From Hyaloraphidium curvatum SAG 235-1 (taxonomy: Eukaryota; Fungi; Monoblepharomycota): DNA of 64,000 nucleotides. Position 1 is the stretch's first letter. The number at the start of each line of letters is the position of its first letter. A program made the translations under genes and the position numbers. Of the stretch, positions 38,310 through 50,097 are shown piece by piece. The notes under the pieces were generated by a model, which did not search any database, had not been told where the DNA came from, and saw only the letters and a program-made list of their open reading frames with translations. Location: positions 620,001 through 684,000 of the forward strand of contig JAIVFI010000004.1 of assembly GCA_025558095.1 (NCBI GenBank), given 5' to 3'.

Positions 38310-38470
38310 CTCCCCCCGAAGCGGGACCAACTCCTCCCGCCCCCCAACCTCCTTAGAGGTTTGAGCACCAAGCAGCGTGGCAAACCCGACCAAATCCACT
38401 GCTGCTGTTGTCTTTGTCCAGAGCGCCGCGGTTTTGCATATCAGGCACAACGCTCTGTGGTGCAGTCCGT

Positions 38471-39256
38471 TTATCCCCGTGCATGCTCCCCCTGCGGCAA
38501 GAACATGGTGGTATCCAGGACTCCCAGATCTGTTCGCGATGGAATGAAGCGCTCTTTCGGCTGAGCTTTTGTCATGATGTCTGCAAGTTGTTTTCCGGAT
38601 TCAATGTCCTGAACCACGATTGTTCCAAGTTCCTGTTGTTGTCGAGTCAAATGGTACCGAATTGCAATGCGTTTGGTGCGCTCATGGTGAACAGGATTGT
38701 AAACCAAGTCCTGTGCCGAAGCATTGTCTTCGTGGATGATGGTGGGGCCTGGCATTGGAAACCCCAGTTCCGCAAAAAGGGTGCGCAAGTACATCACATC
38801 CCTTGTGGCTTGTGCCAGGGCAATGTACTCTGCTTCGGTAGTGGATTGAGACACAAGGCTTTGGAGTTTTGACTTGAAGGAAAGCAGAGCTCCACATGCC
38901 ATGACGACAACGCCTGTGGTGGATCTGGCAGTGTCCAGATCACCTGCAAAATCCGCATCTGCAAAAGCTTCCAGCACCAATGGTTTGTTGCCATCAAACA
39001 CGAGTCCAAATGCCCGGGTCTGACTCAAGTAGCGCAGGATTCTCTTTAGAGCCGCAATGTGCTCCTTTCCATAGTTCTGCAGGTACCTGCTGAGGTAGAT
39101 GACAGCATATGCCATGTCAGGCCTAGTGCAAAGAGCTAGGACAAGCAAGGAGCCATTGCATCCAGAGTAGTTGAACGATGCCATGACGTCCGGATCTGCA
39201 ATGTCTGGCTTCCTAAATCTCTCGGAAGGGAGCAATGGTGATGGAGCATCCTTCAA
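38471..39256 (-). pseudogene. Copia RT C-terminus / RNase H
   Basis: CTRPDMAYAV, LKRILRYL, DADFAGDLDTARSTTG, EDNASA, RTKRIAIRYH. Confidence 0.93.
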
Positions 39257-39863
39257 AGAAATGGGAGTGGCAAACTTCTGGTTCTTGTTGAGATCGCCGG
39301 CAGCAAATTGTACTGCTTGCGTGGTGTTGGTACTGTACTTCTCCAGAATTCTGCAAAGACTGTTTGCCTCAAGATGATTCTTTTGTTGGGTCTGTCACGG
39401 ATGACTTCCACACCGCCGTGGAGCTGCACTTCACCGAGACAGCGTGATTCATATCGGTTCTCAATCAATGCAATGCACTCTCTGACGAATTCTGGTGGAT
39501 GTCCCGTGCCACACACATCGTCCATGGTCACAAGAAGGATTGCAATCTCTCCTGAGTCGCCCTTGATGCGTGTGTACATGTTGGGGTCCGTTTCGCAGTT
39601 GCGCTTTAGCTCACGCTGATACAGGTTGGCTGCCTGTTTGAGGCCATATACTCCCCGCTTGAGTTTGAGAACGGGGTCCTTGAGAGACAAGTCCCTCCTT
39701 TGGTAAGTCTCGTGCATCTCAACGTAGAGGTCCTCCTCTTCTGCATTGGAATTCAAGAACGCGTTCTTGATGTCCAAATGGTAAAGGGGCCAGTCCATGT
39801 GTGCAGCTATGGCACACTGTGATCTGAAGGCTGCATGGGTTGGCATGGCTGCAAAAGTCTCCC

Positions 39864-41658
39864 TGCTGCTGGAAGGCTCTCGCAGTTTGGATTCCGTGCA
39901 CGGAGATCGACCCTTCATGCAGTGTTCCTTGCCGAGGCACTCTTCTCCCTGGCCAAGGCACGCAAGGAGAAGCTGATCATGGTCTTTGTAGATTTCACAA
40001 AGGCTTTTGACACGGTGGAACACCCCAGGTTATGGCAGAAACTGGAGGAGATGGGTGTACCCAAACTGGTTGTTGACATGTTCGAGATGGCATTCGGGCG
40101 CGTGTGGGGACGGCTCCGGGATGAAGACGGGACCAAGTCAGACTTCATCAAGTTCCTGACCGGAGTGAAGCAGGGGGACCCTCTCTCGTCGCTGTTCTTC
40201 ATCTTGTTCATCAACGACATCACTGCTCTCATGGAGGCCAATGGTGCAAAAGGGATGGATCTGGGCATGGTGTCTAAGGAGGAAGAGGATCAGGAGAGGA
40301 TGGTCAGCTTGCTAGCTCTGTTCTTTGCAGACGACACCACTTTGATCTCGAAGACGGTGAAGGATGCCAAGATGCAGCTGGATCTTCTGTCTGCATATGC
40401 CAGTGCCAATGGGCTGGAGATCAACGTCAGCAAGACAGAGTGGATGGCCAGGAGGATACCTCACCGTGTAAAGCTCATGTACAGGGACCAGGAGCTGAAG
40501 AGGGTTGACAGCTTCAAGCTTCTGGGGTATCAGCTGACCTCAACCGGCCGGAGCAAGGACCATGTGCATGGCAGAGAGGCCAAGATGAACGCTGCTTATG
40601 GGCTCTGGCTCCGCGACTTCAGGGAGCAGCCTGGGATGAGTCCTGACCTCCAGCTCAAGCTCTACAACACAAAGGTCAAGGCAGTGGGCCAATATGGGAA
40701 CCCGTTCATTGTTGAGATGCCGAAGGAGGAGTACCTTGCCGGGGAAAGCACCAGGGACAAAGTGACATGCATGGCTCTTCGTGCCGTCACTCATCTGCCC
40801 AAGTCTACCTCCCTGGCCTGTCTGTATGCGATCACTGGCCAGTACCCCCTTGCAGTTCATGACCACGAGTCGGCACTCAAGTTCCTCATGCGCATCAAAA
40901 CAGCGGATCCTGCGCTGTACCTACTTTACAAAGAGCTCAAGATCGAGGCACTGAAGGGGTCCTGGAACTGGGCCGCCTTCCTGAGGGAACTACTTGCATA
41001 CTATGGCGGCGAAGATGGGAGGGAGATGTGGGTTCTCATGGCCCAAGGAGACTGTGGAGAATCTTGTGAATGGCAAGTTCAGGGAGATCAATGCCCAGAG
41101 GCTCAAGGACAACGACAAACTGCACTTTTGGAGGATGTGTGACATGACCTTTGGTCACATCGGACCGTCCCTGATCCGGATGGAGAAGCACCGGAGGGAT
41201 GTCCAAAAGTTGCTGTGCTCTACCCACGACCTGGAGGTGGAGACAGGCAGGCACCAAGGACTTGAGGTGCAGCAGAGAACGTGCAAGCATGACCCTGAGC
41301 ACATTGGAGACGAACAACACTTTCTGTTTCACTGTTCAGCAAATGCGGAGCGGCGCCAGAAGCTGCAGACTAGATTGGACGCACTAGGCCGGGAGTGGAA
41401 CATGGAGACCTGGCTCTGGGCTCTTAGCATCAATGTAGGAGTTCGAGCCCACGATCAAAGCGATGCGGCAGAAGGAGAAGGCCCTCAACTCCATTGCCAG
41501 CTTCATCTCAAAGTCCATGAAGGACAGGAAAACTGGGAAAATGAAAAAGACACACGAGGACGATGAACTTTGCAATTAGCAGCAAACTCATGGTGTAACA
41601 GCGGCCAAGCCAGGGGCAGGATCGGGTCACCAATGCTATTCTTCTATTCTTCTATTCT
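39864..41658 (+). mobile_element. 5'-truncated young LINE copy inserted in the copia RT
   Basis: Near-identical to ~45812-47599, with a TATTC/TTC tail. TCCC at 39860-39863 and 41659-41662 is the likely TSD, and removal restores copia YGETFAA. Confidence 0.95.
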
Positions 41659-41919
41659 TCCCCGTAGGTCCCAGGAGCCTGGCGGTTGCCATCAACCACG
41701 ATGCCATGAACCGTTTGGTGAGGTCTGGGTTGAGTTTGAGGTCGAACACGTAGTGGGATTTGAGAATTCGGTCCTCCTTGCCACGGGGCCTTTCAACCTC
41801 TTCCCAGACTTCTTTGTCATTGAAAGCTCCATCTTCCACTTGAATTGCCTCATTCCATTTTTCCCATTCGGGCAAAAGCTTTGCCTCCGCAATTGATCTT
41901 GGGATTTGAACCCCATCAA

Positions 41920-43047
41920 TCACGTGCATTGGCATTCCAAAACCTCCTTGGCTCCCAAAGTCCATGTGCACTGGTCCATGAATCCTGCCATAATTGCAGC
42001 TTGCAGTTGTGGGGCTTTCCACCATTCCCGGGGAGGCTGCTGTGCCCGAGAGGAATGACGCACAGAGCGATGACCATCGTGCTGTCCATTCTGCTGTTGC
42101 TGTTCTTGCTGCTCATGCTGTGGAAGGTTTTGCAGGTCTTGCTGCTGATGAAGATCTAGTGGCTCTTGTTCCTCCTCCCCCTGAGGCACTAGATCATCCG
42201 TTTGGATGAGATCAAGTAGATCGAACGTTGAAAGAGGTGGCCTTGCCGTGCTGTCGACAGCTTCCTTGCCTGGTTTTGAGGAAGTGGGTGCAAGGAAAGG
42301 GATAGTGCGTGCGCTATAGCGCTCATTAGGCACTATGGTTCGGACAGCCATGACTTTTCCTGAATCAATCAAACGAACCATGTGCCCTTTTGTGTTTGGA
42401 GCTCTCCCCAAGTAGATTGCTCGCGCACCACGTGGTGCCAAGGTAGTGAGTTCTCTGTCTCGCACTTGGGCCCAGCATTCCATCCCGAATGTATAGAAGT
42501 CTTCGACTGTTGGAATTTCTCCACTCCACAAAGTCAGAGGAACGGCGTTCTTTCTCCATGATTTGGTGGTTGGCACGCAGTTGAGGACGTGCCCTGCATG
42601 AGTGGCGGCAAAAGACCATTCCTCAGAGGGTCGCTGCTCCCCTAACAGCATTGCACCAATTTGAACTCCCCGTTCAGCAACGGAATTCATTTGGGGATAA
42701 CCTGGGATGATGAGTCTGAACTGAGCCCCAATCTTGTGGAGGTGTTCCTGGAGTTCCTTCGTGTTGGCTTCATTGTCCACATGAAGGTTGCCAAGAACGT
42801 ATCCGTATTGATTCCTGGCGTGTTCGCTGAATCTGATGATTGTCGATGACATTTCAGAGCGAAGGGCCAAGTTGAAAGTGGCAAGAAACTGTGTGTCCTC
42901 GTCGAAAATGATGAGAAGATGGCGCTTGCCATCTAGGGATCTAGGGAAATTCACGGCCATATCCGTATGTGCAACGTGTAATGGCCTTTTTGCCATGCGA
43001 ATCGGGTGAGGCGGGTATGGTTCTGAAACCATTTTGCCCGTATGCAC
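41920..43047 (-). pseudogene. Copia integrase
   Basis: LHVAHTDM, IIFDEDT, HVDNE, PGYPQMNSVAER, FGMECW, AIYLG..TKGH. Confidence 0.92.
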
Positions 43048-43582
43048 GAGTCGCAGTTCTCATGATCTCCTATGGCTCCCAGATCAAATTGTCAAGACCT
43101 TGGATGAGGTTGTGTAGTTTCATGCGTCAGGTCAGAGCGTGTCAAGTGACACATGGCCGAAGCGGGCATGGATGAGGCGCCGTTGATCCCTATCAGTTGC
43201 TTGAAGGACCATCACCTGTCTGCCATGAGAAGTGTCTCCGACCGTGTTGCTGTTGCCCTGCAGCACGTCTGCATTCAGGATGTATACGTTGTTCACCACC
43301 TGTGCCTTGGCACGTGGTTCACTTCCAAATGTCAGGGTTGCAAAGAGTGGTTCAGAGGGATCTGTCAGATTTTGAGGAGGTTTGGCACTGAACTCAAAAC
43401 CTTCAAAACCTTTGCGTTGGAAATGTGCAAGTGACAGGAGTCGGCAAACACTGAGGGGCATGAACAGTACGTTTGATACCAGACACTTCCTCTTCGTATC
43501 ATTGAAGTGAATCATGATTGTCCCCGCGTAGTTGGCAAATAATTGCCCTTGGACTTGGGTGATTTGAACTGGAGGACAAAGA

Positions 43583-46500
43583 CTCGACCTGCCGCACGAC
43601 CACAAGGACCGTGAGGCGCTCGTTCAGCGGACCGATGCGCTCAAGGAGATCGTGGTGGACAAGTGGTACCTCACGGGAAATCGCACCTTTGACCTCCAGC
43701 TCACGTTCTCGACCGAGGAGGACCGCGAGACGCTCATTCGGCTCAATGAGGCTGGAGCCCTGAAGCACCTGGCTGCGTACGCGAGCCGCGAGAAGACGTG
43801 GATGCAGAAGAACCGGTCTACTGCGCAGTACCACCTGGTCCAGCAGATGGAGAAGGATGGGATTCCCTTCCGCCGCGACGGCCCGAAGATCGTCTACATG
43901 CCGCCGGAAACAGGCCTGGAAACGACGCTCACCATGGAAAAGATTGAAGCAAAGTCGCGCGAGCTTTGGGAGACGCGCCAGACTGCACGCGCGAACGCTG
44001 GAGAGCGTCTTGCGCGCGGCTAGGAAAGCGAGACTCGGACATGCCTCAAGATACTGTACCAAAACGTCGAGCGGAAGCTCGAGAAGAGCCTCTTTATACG
44101 TGAGCTGCTGCTACACATTGTAGAGTACGATATGGTCGTTTTCGCTGAAGCAAGGTGGACGGGCAAAGGCGAGAAGCGGACTTGGGAGGAGCATATGAGC
44201 AACAACGACATCCGCGCAGAGGTTGCCGCGGTACTGGAAACGTTCGAGGTTTATGAGAAGAGCTGCTCGGAGCATGGTGGAGGAGGGTTGACGGTCTTTG
44301 TGCGAAAGGAGCTACCGCACACCGTACGGACAGACTTGGACCCGATCCTGGACGTCGTGCAGATCCAAGTCGGCGGAGTGAACGTGCTGGGGGCGTACAT
44401 ACCGCCGACGCCAACGCAGGACATAGTCACGCAGGACGAGATGTGGTCGAGGTTCTCAGGGATTGTGGCTGGGTGCGACATGCCGATCGTGATCGGGGAC
44501 CTGAACGCACATGTGGGGATAAGCGAGGCAAACAGCGACGTGCGTGGCACGAGCTTCGGAAAGCGTGTAATCCGGTCGGAGCAGCGCACGGATCGGAGGG
44601 GGAAACAGCTACTTGCACTGTGCCACGAGGAGGAGCTGGTGATCCTGAATGGGCGCCTCGAGCCGGGGGCAACAACTCGCGCAGGAAAGGATGGCGAGCG
44701 GGACAGCACCTTGGACTACGCAATCGTGCCGCAGAGCCGCTACGGGACGGTCACCCAGCTTGCATTTGTGAAGGAAGGCTGGGTCGTCACCTCAGACCAC
44801 ATACATGGCCCTGAGCCTGACCATCAAGGCCAACCTCGTGCGACCAGCTGCGAAGGAGAACAAGCCGCACTGCAAGCCCGTGCCGTGCGACTTCCACTTC
44901 CTCGCAATAATGCGAAACGTCTACGACAAGCCCTGGGTCAAGGAGGCAATGCAAGAGTACGAGCAACTTCAAGCTGGATCCGACAAGTGCAACCGGCTCA
45001 TCCAGATCATGGCAGGGGTGAACAAGGTCGCAAGGAAGAAGTACGACAAGGTCAGCGTACACGAAGAGGCGGACAAGTTCCTCAACGGCTTTGCGGACTC
45101 GGCAGAGAGGGCCGAGATCGATCGGAAGCTGTCACGCCTTCTTGAGCTGCGATCCCTCATGGAGAAGGACGAGTGGAAGAAGGAGTACCAGGGGAAGACG
45201 CGGGAGCTGGAGAAGGAGCGGAAGAAGTTGGAGAAGAGGATGCGGAGGGTTGCTGAGCGAGAGAACTCCAAGCTGCTAGAGCGACTCTTCAGGCGAGAGC
45301 CTAAGGGGTAATACCAGCTGCTTGGAAAGGCTCACGCAAGGCGCAAGGGCAACCCCGTGCCCTTTGCAGAGCTGGTGCGCCACATGGAGATGGTCGCCAG
45401 CGCCGAATACGTGACCAAGATCGAGGAGGATCCAAGGCTCACGTTTCCACCACTTCCCAAGGCCACGATCACGCCTTCTGGAGACCTGCTGCGCCCCATC
45501 ACCCTCAAGGAGCTGGAGAGGGTCTTGAAGAAGGCCCCCAACGGCAAGGCAAAGGACGAGGATGGGATCCGGCTCGAGTTCGTCAAGTACGGGACTGCAG
45601 TACTGAAGCAAGCTGTTGTCAACCTCCTCAACGACGTGCTCAATGGCGTCAAGATGGATGACTGGGGCCAGACACTGCTGGTGATGCTGCACAAGAAGGG
45701 GCCCAAGAACGTGGCTGGCAACTACCGAGGCATCAGCATAGAGAGGACGCTGGAGAAGGTCTTCTCCCTGGTCTGGAACGCTCGGCTAGCTCCCTGGGCT
45801 GAGTGCAACAAGCTGCTGGAAGGCTCGCAGTTTGGATTCCGTGCACGGAGATCGACCCTTCATGCAGTGTTCCTTGCCGAGGCACTCTTCTCCCTGGCCA
45901 AGGCACGCAAGGAGAAGCTGATCATGGTCTTTGTAGATTTCACAAAGGCTTTTGACACGGTGGAACACCCCAGGTTATGGCAGAAACTGGAGGAGATGGG
46001 TGTACCCAAACTGGTTGTTGACATGTTCGAGATGGCATTCGGGCGCGTGTGGGGACGGCTCCGGGATGAAGACGGGACCAAGTCAGACTTCATCAAGTTC
46101 CTGACCGGAGTGAAGCAGGGGGACCCTCTCTCGTCGCTGTTCTTCATCTTGTTCATCAACGACATCACTGCTCTCATGGAGGCCAATGGTGCAAAAGGGA
46201 TGGATCTGGGCATGGTGTCTAAGGAGGAAGAGGATCAGGAGAGGATGGTCAGCTTGCTAGCTCTGTTCTTTGCAGACGACACCACTTTGATCTCGAAGAC
46301 GGTGAAGGATGCCAAGATGCAGCTGGATCTTCTGTCTGCATATGCCAGTGCCAATGGGCTGGAGATCAACGTCAGCAAGACAGAGTGGATGGCCAGGAGG
46401 ATACCTCACCGTGTAAAGCTCATGTACAGGGACCAGGAGCTGAAGAGGGTTGACAGCTTCAAGCTTCTGGGGTATCAGCTGACCTCAACCGGCCGGAGCA

Positions 46501-47599
46501 AGGACCATGTGCATGGCAGAGAGGCCAAGATGAACGCTGCTTATGGGCTCTGGCTCCGCGACTTCAGGGAGCAGCCTGGGATGAGTCCTGACCTCCAGCT
46601 CAAGCTCTACAACACAAAGGTCAAGGCAGTGGGCCAATATGGGAACCCGTTCATTGTTGAGATGCCGAAGGAGGAGTACCTTGCCGGGGAAAGCACCAGG
46701 GACAAAGTGACATGCATGGCTCTTCGTGCCGTCACTCATCTGCCCAAGTCTACCTCCCTGGCCTGTCTGTATGCGATCACTGGCCAGTACCCCCTTGCAG
46801 TTCATGACCACGAGTCGGCACTCAAGTTCCTCATGCGCATCAAAACAGCGGATCCTGCGCTGTACCTACTTTACAAAGAGCTCAAGATCGAGGCACTGAA
46901 GGGGTCCTGGAACTGGGCTGCCTTCCTGAGGGAACTACTTGTATACTATGGTGGCGAAGATGGGAAGGAGATGTGGGAGAAGGACACTGTCTCATGGCCC
47001 AAGGAGACTGTGGAGAATCTTGTGAAGGGCAAGTTCAGGGAGATCAATGCCCAGAGGCTCAAGGACAACGACAAACTGCACTTTTGGAGGATGTGTGACA
47101 TGACCTTTGGCCACATCGGACCATCCCTGATCCGGATGGAGAAGCACCGGAGGGATGTCCAAAAGTTGCTGTGCTCTACCCACGACCTGGAGGTGGAGAT
47201 AGGCAGGCACCAAGGACTTGAGGTGCAGCAGAGAACGTGCAAGCATGACCCTGAGCACATTGGAGACGAACAACACTTTCTGTTTCACTGTTCAGCAAAT
47301 GCGGAGCGGCGCCAGAAGCTGCAGACTAGATTGGACGCACTAGGCCGGGAGTGGAACATGGAGACCTGGCTCTGGGCTCTTAGCATCAAGGAGTTCGAGC
47401 CCACGATCAAAGCGATGCGGCAGAAGGAGAAGGCCCTCAACTCCATTGCCAGCTTCATCTCAAAGTCCATGAAGGACAGGAAAACTGGGAAAATGAAAAA
47501 GACACACGACGACGATGAACTTTGCAATTAGCAGCAAACTCATGGTGTAACAGCGGCCAAGCCAGGGGCAGGTCCGGGTCACCAATACTATTCTATTCT
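43583..47599 (+). mobile_element. APE-type non-LTR retrotransposon (LINE), near full length, inserted in the copia protease
   Basis: ORF1 remnant, APE (YQNV, FAE, YIPP, GDLNAH, STLDY, SDH), RT (NYRGIS, QFGFR, FVDFTKAFDTV, GVKQGDPLS, FADD), C-terminal knuckle and (TATTC)n tail. TSD AAAGA at 43578-43582 and 47600-47604; removal restores MWPLCPP. Confidence 0.97.
45357..47531 (+). pseudogene. LINE ORF2 reverse transcriptase and C-terminal domain (cut off from APE by a frameshift at ~44800 and TAA at 45309)
   Basis: 724-codon open frame with all RT motifs; the upstream lesions are visible in the sequence. Confidence 0.9.
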
Positions 47600-48169
47600 A
47601 AAGAGGCCACATCTCCATAAAATCAGACAGGTCTGGAGACGAGTTGAATGATGCACCAGAGTCGAGCAGGATTCCGTGGTGCTTGTCAGGCTTGGCTATT
47701 CCTGCTAACTGCAACTTTTCCATGGCAGCTGTGATCTGAACAAATTGATCTGGAGGGTTGATTGGATCCCAACTTGCCACCTGGGGGACACTATCATCAA
47801 TGTCTGCCAAGGTTGCCTGCAAGAAAGGCTCTGTGGGAATCATATCTTCCATCTCTGTGAGGATATCACGTTAGTTCGATTCCATGAATCACATCTCAGC
47901 AAGTCACATTGCTGCCATGGCATGCAATCTGCTGATGCACCCAATAGGCCATGGTGGTACTCCCATCCATGCCTTTCCGCCGGTTCTCCTGTGCGGGCCA
48001 TCATGGTTCTCCCACGCATGGTCTTTGCCTCTCTCGCCGGTGCTCCTTTCTCATCTCTTCGCCGGTACTCCCGTGCGACTGCAATCACGTGCACCCAAGG
48101 CGCCATCACTTCATTTGCTTTTGGAGCTTGCATCTCTATGCAGCTCATGTTCCACATGTCTCTCCATTC

Positions 48170-49163
48170 TCACGCCTGGTCATGGCCAAACCCAGCATCG
48201 GTCTGCCTCTTTTCGTCTCCATCCTCTGTGCCGCCGACCATCTCGGCCATGAACTGCCTCCCGGTTGAGTCGGTGAGGCAGAAGCGGGTGCAACGGCTGG
48301 CGCCACGGCCACGGCCCCTATTCCCGGTGGGGGCACTCCAGCAGTCCACCGCGCGATGGCCCGGCTTCCCGCAGTTGTAGCAATCGCCGTTGAAGTAGGG
48401 TGACGCGCGTCGTTTGCCTCGCTCGTTGGCACGCGCGCCACGGTACGCGCCGCGGAAGCCTCCGTGCCCGCGTTCCGGTCTGCCTTGAGCAACGAATCCA
48501 AAACCTTCGCGCTGCTGATCAGACGCGTCTTCGCGTTTCTCGAGCTTCATTCATTCGTCTGCTTGGTGTATCTCGTCGAAGAGGGCCTTCGCTGTGCAGT
48601 CGCCCGCGGCGTTCTTTTCGTTCGCGTCGAATGCGCCCGGTACCTTCATCCTCGTGGAGAGGGTCTGCAGCTGGTACATGTACTTGACAGGGACACGCAT
48701 CTGCGCGTCAAGAAGGATGTCGAGCTGTACCTTGTCTGAAACGGGGGATTCCGACGATTTCCGCCATTTGGACCTTCTTTAGGAAGTCCTTCGCGTTCGC
48801 TTCGGAATCGACTTCCGGGTTCCACTCCCAGCGCTGAATCTTGGACTTTGCCATGCGGCATTCATTCGGATTGAGTTGTTGGCATCTCTGCTGGATCCAC
48901 GTCCAGAAGTCGGCCGGGGTGCGGCTCTCAATGTCCTTGTGCCAGCTCGGGTCCGTGAGCATCTGCAGGTACCCCTTTGCCTGGCTGACAGCAATCTCGA
49001 ACTCTCCTTCCTTCATGTGCTGAGGCCTGTTGTTGCTCTTGAGGAGAGGCCCAAGTTTGACCATGCGGATGTACTGTTCGGCCTTCGGCAACCACTTGAC
49101 CCAATTGCCGCCCTGAATTGCCAGGACCTCGACCTTGGCATCGCGGAGCGGCGATGTTTTCAT
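48170..49163 (-). pseudogene. Copia gag (frameshifted)
   Basis: NWVKW..YIRM..LG N-terminal gag pattern and a CCHC knuckle at ~48340-48385. Confidence 0.8.
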
Positions 49164-49306
49164 CGTGATTAGCACCCTTGGCGGCACGCTGAGGCGCTGG
49201 ACGCGAGATGTCGTGAGGGGGTTGGCGGGGCGCAGCGTGGCGGCCGGGGTCGTGCACGCGTCAACGCAAACACCCATATAGTCCAAGGGAGCCTCAGGGA
49301 AGGCTT

Positions 49307-49318
49307 GGGCTCATAACC
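49307..49318 (-). promoter_or_regulatory. Primer binding site GGTTATGAGCCC (internal tRNA-iMet half-molecule type)
   Basis: Immediately inside the 5' LTR; same motif as the Ty5/copia PBS. Confidence 0.9.
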
Positions 49319-49319
49319 C

Positions 49320-49464
49320 AGTTGTGACGGACGACTGGTCCGGCCTCTAGCCGGTGGGGACGGAAGGATGCGTGACCCCTTTGTGTGGGGAATTCCGTCA
49401 TGTCGTGATTGGAGTTGGGGCCGCTTCTCTAAGTTGCCGCCAGCCTAACAACCTCGTCACAACA
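49320..49464 (-). repeat. Copia 5' LTR (145 bp)
   Basis: Matches 38165-38309 with 5 substitutions counted by eye. Confidence 0.95.
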
Positions 49465-50097
49465 TATCCCATCCTCATCCGCTGCCCTGCCGTTAGGAGC
49501 CTTCTTCAGGACCTTCTCGAGCTGCTTGAGAGTGATGGGGCGCAGCAGGTTCCCAGGAAGCGTGATCATGGCTTTGGGAAACGGTGGGAACGTGTGCCTG
49601 GGGTATTCATCGATCTTGGTCACGTACTCGGCGCTGGCCACCAGCTGCATGTGGCGCACCGGCTCTGCAAGGGGCACAGGGATGCCATGCGCCTCGGGTA
49701 TGGCTTTTGCAAGCACCTGGTAGTGTCAGGACGGGCCTTGGGAGATGGCCTAGTCATGGGTTGGTTAGGGAGAGCATATGGGGCAGCCCAAACACCATGT
49801 ACCCCCACTGCTTCTCACTGTGTACATAGACATCCCGCCACCTCGATGCTGTGCAGTCCCCGCTAGGGCCCAGCTGGCCCCTGGGTTCCTGACAGGTAGT
49901 ACACTCTTGCCGCCTGAAGAGCAGCAGCTCCAGGAGCTTGGTGTTCTCCCACACAGCAATCTTCTGCATCTTCTTCTCCAGCTTCTTCCGCTCCTCTTTG
50001 TAGAGTAGGTATAGGGTGGATCGGAATCGGCTGTTTTGATGCGCATGACGAACTTGAAAGCCCACTTATGGTCATGCACTGCACTGCAAGAGGGTAC
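49465..50097 (-). mobile_element. Old scrambled LINE fragments (pre-RT linker and post-RT pieces)
   Basis: Homologous to ~45210-45570 (KKLEKKM..LLRPITLKQLEKVLKKAPNGRAADEDGI) and ~46787-46880. Confidence 0.88.
49724..49894. mobile_element. Solo LTR of a second family (171 bp)
   Basis: TGTCAGGA...TCCTGACA termini and a 5-bp TSD GGTAG at 49719-49723 and 49895-49899. It splits an old LINE fragment. Confidence 0.85.

Larger units (their letters stand above)
38165..49464 (-). mobile_element. Ty1/copia LTR retrotransposon (Ty5/Hemivirus-type PBS), degenerate, interrupted by two LINEs
   Basis: Domain order is gag (CYNCGKPGHRAVDC), protease (LLDSGAS), GAG-pre-integrase (HARFGH), integrase D,D,E, RT (DIKNAFLN, YGLKQA), RNase H (DADFAGD, STTEAEY, ADIMTK). 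Paired LTRs, PBS and PPT are present. Confidence 0.96.

Noticed and set aside
39253-40023. 256-aa ORF
   Set aside because: A chimera of antisense LINE and copia RT across the insertion junction.
39835-41142. 435-aa stand-alone RT ORF
   Set aside because: The ATG comes from antisense copia sequence and is in frame only through a 2-bp insertion. N-terminal RT subdomains are missing. It is a truncated LINE copy, not a retron or DGR-like RT.
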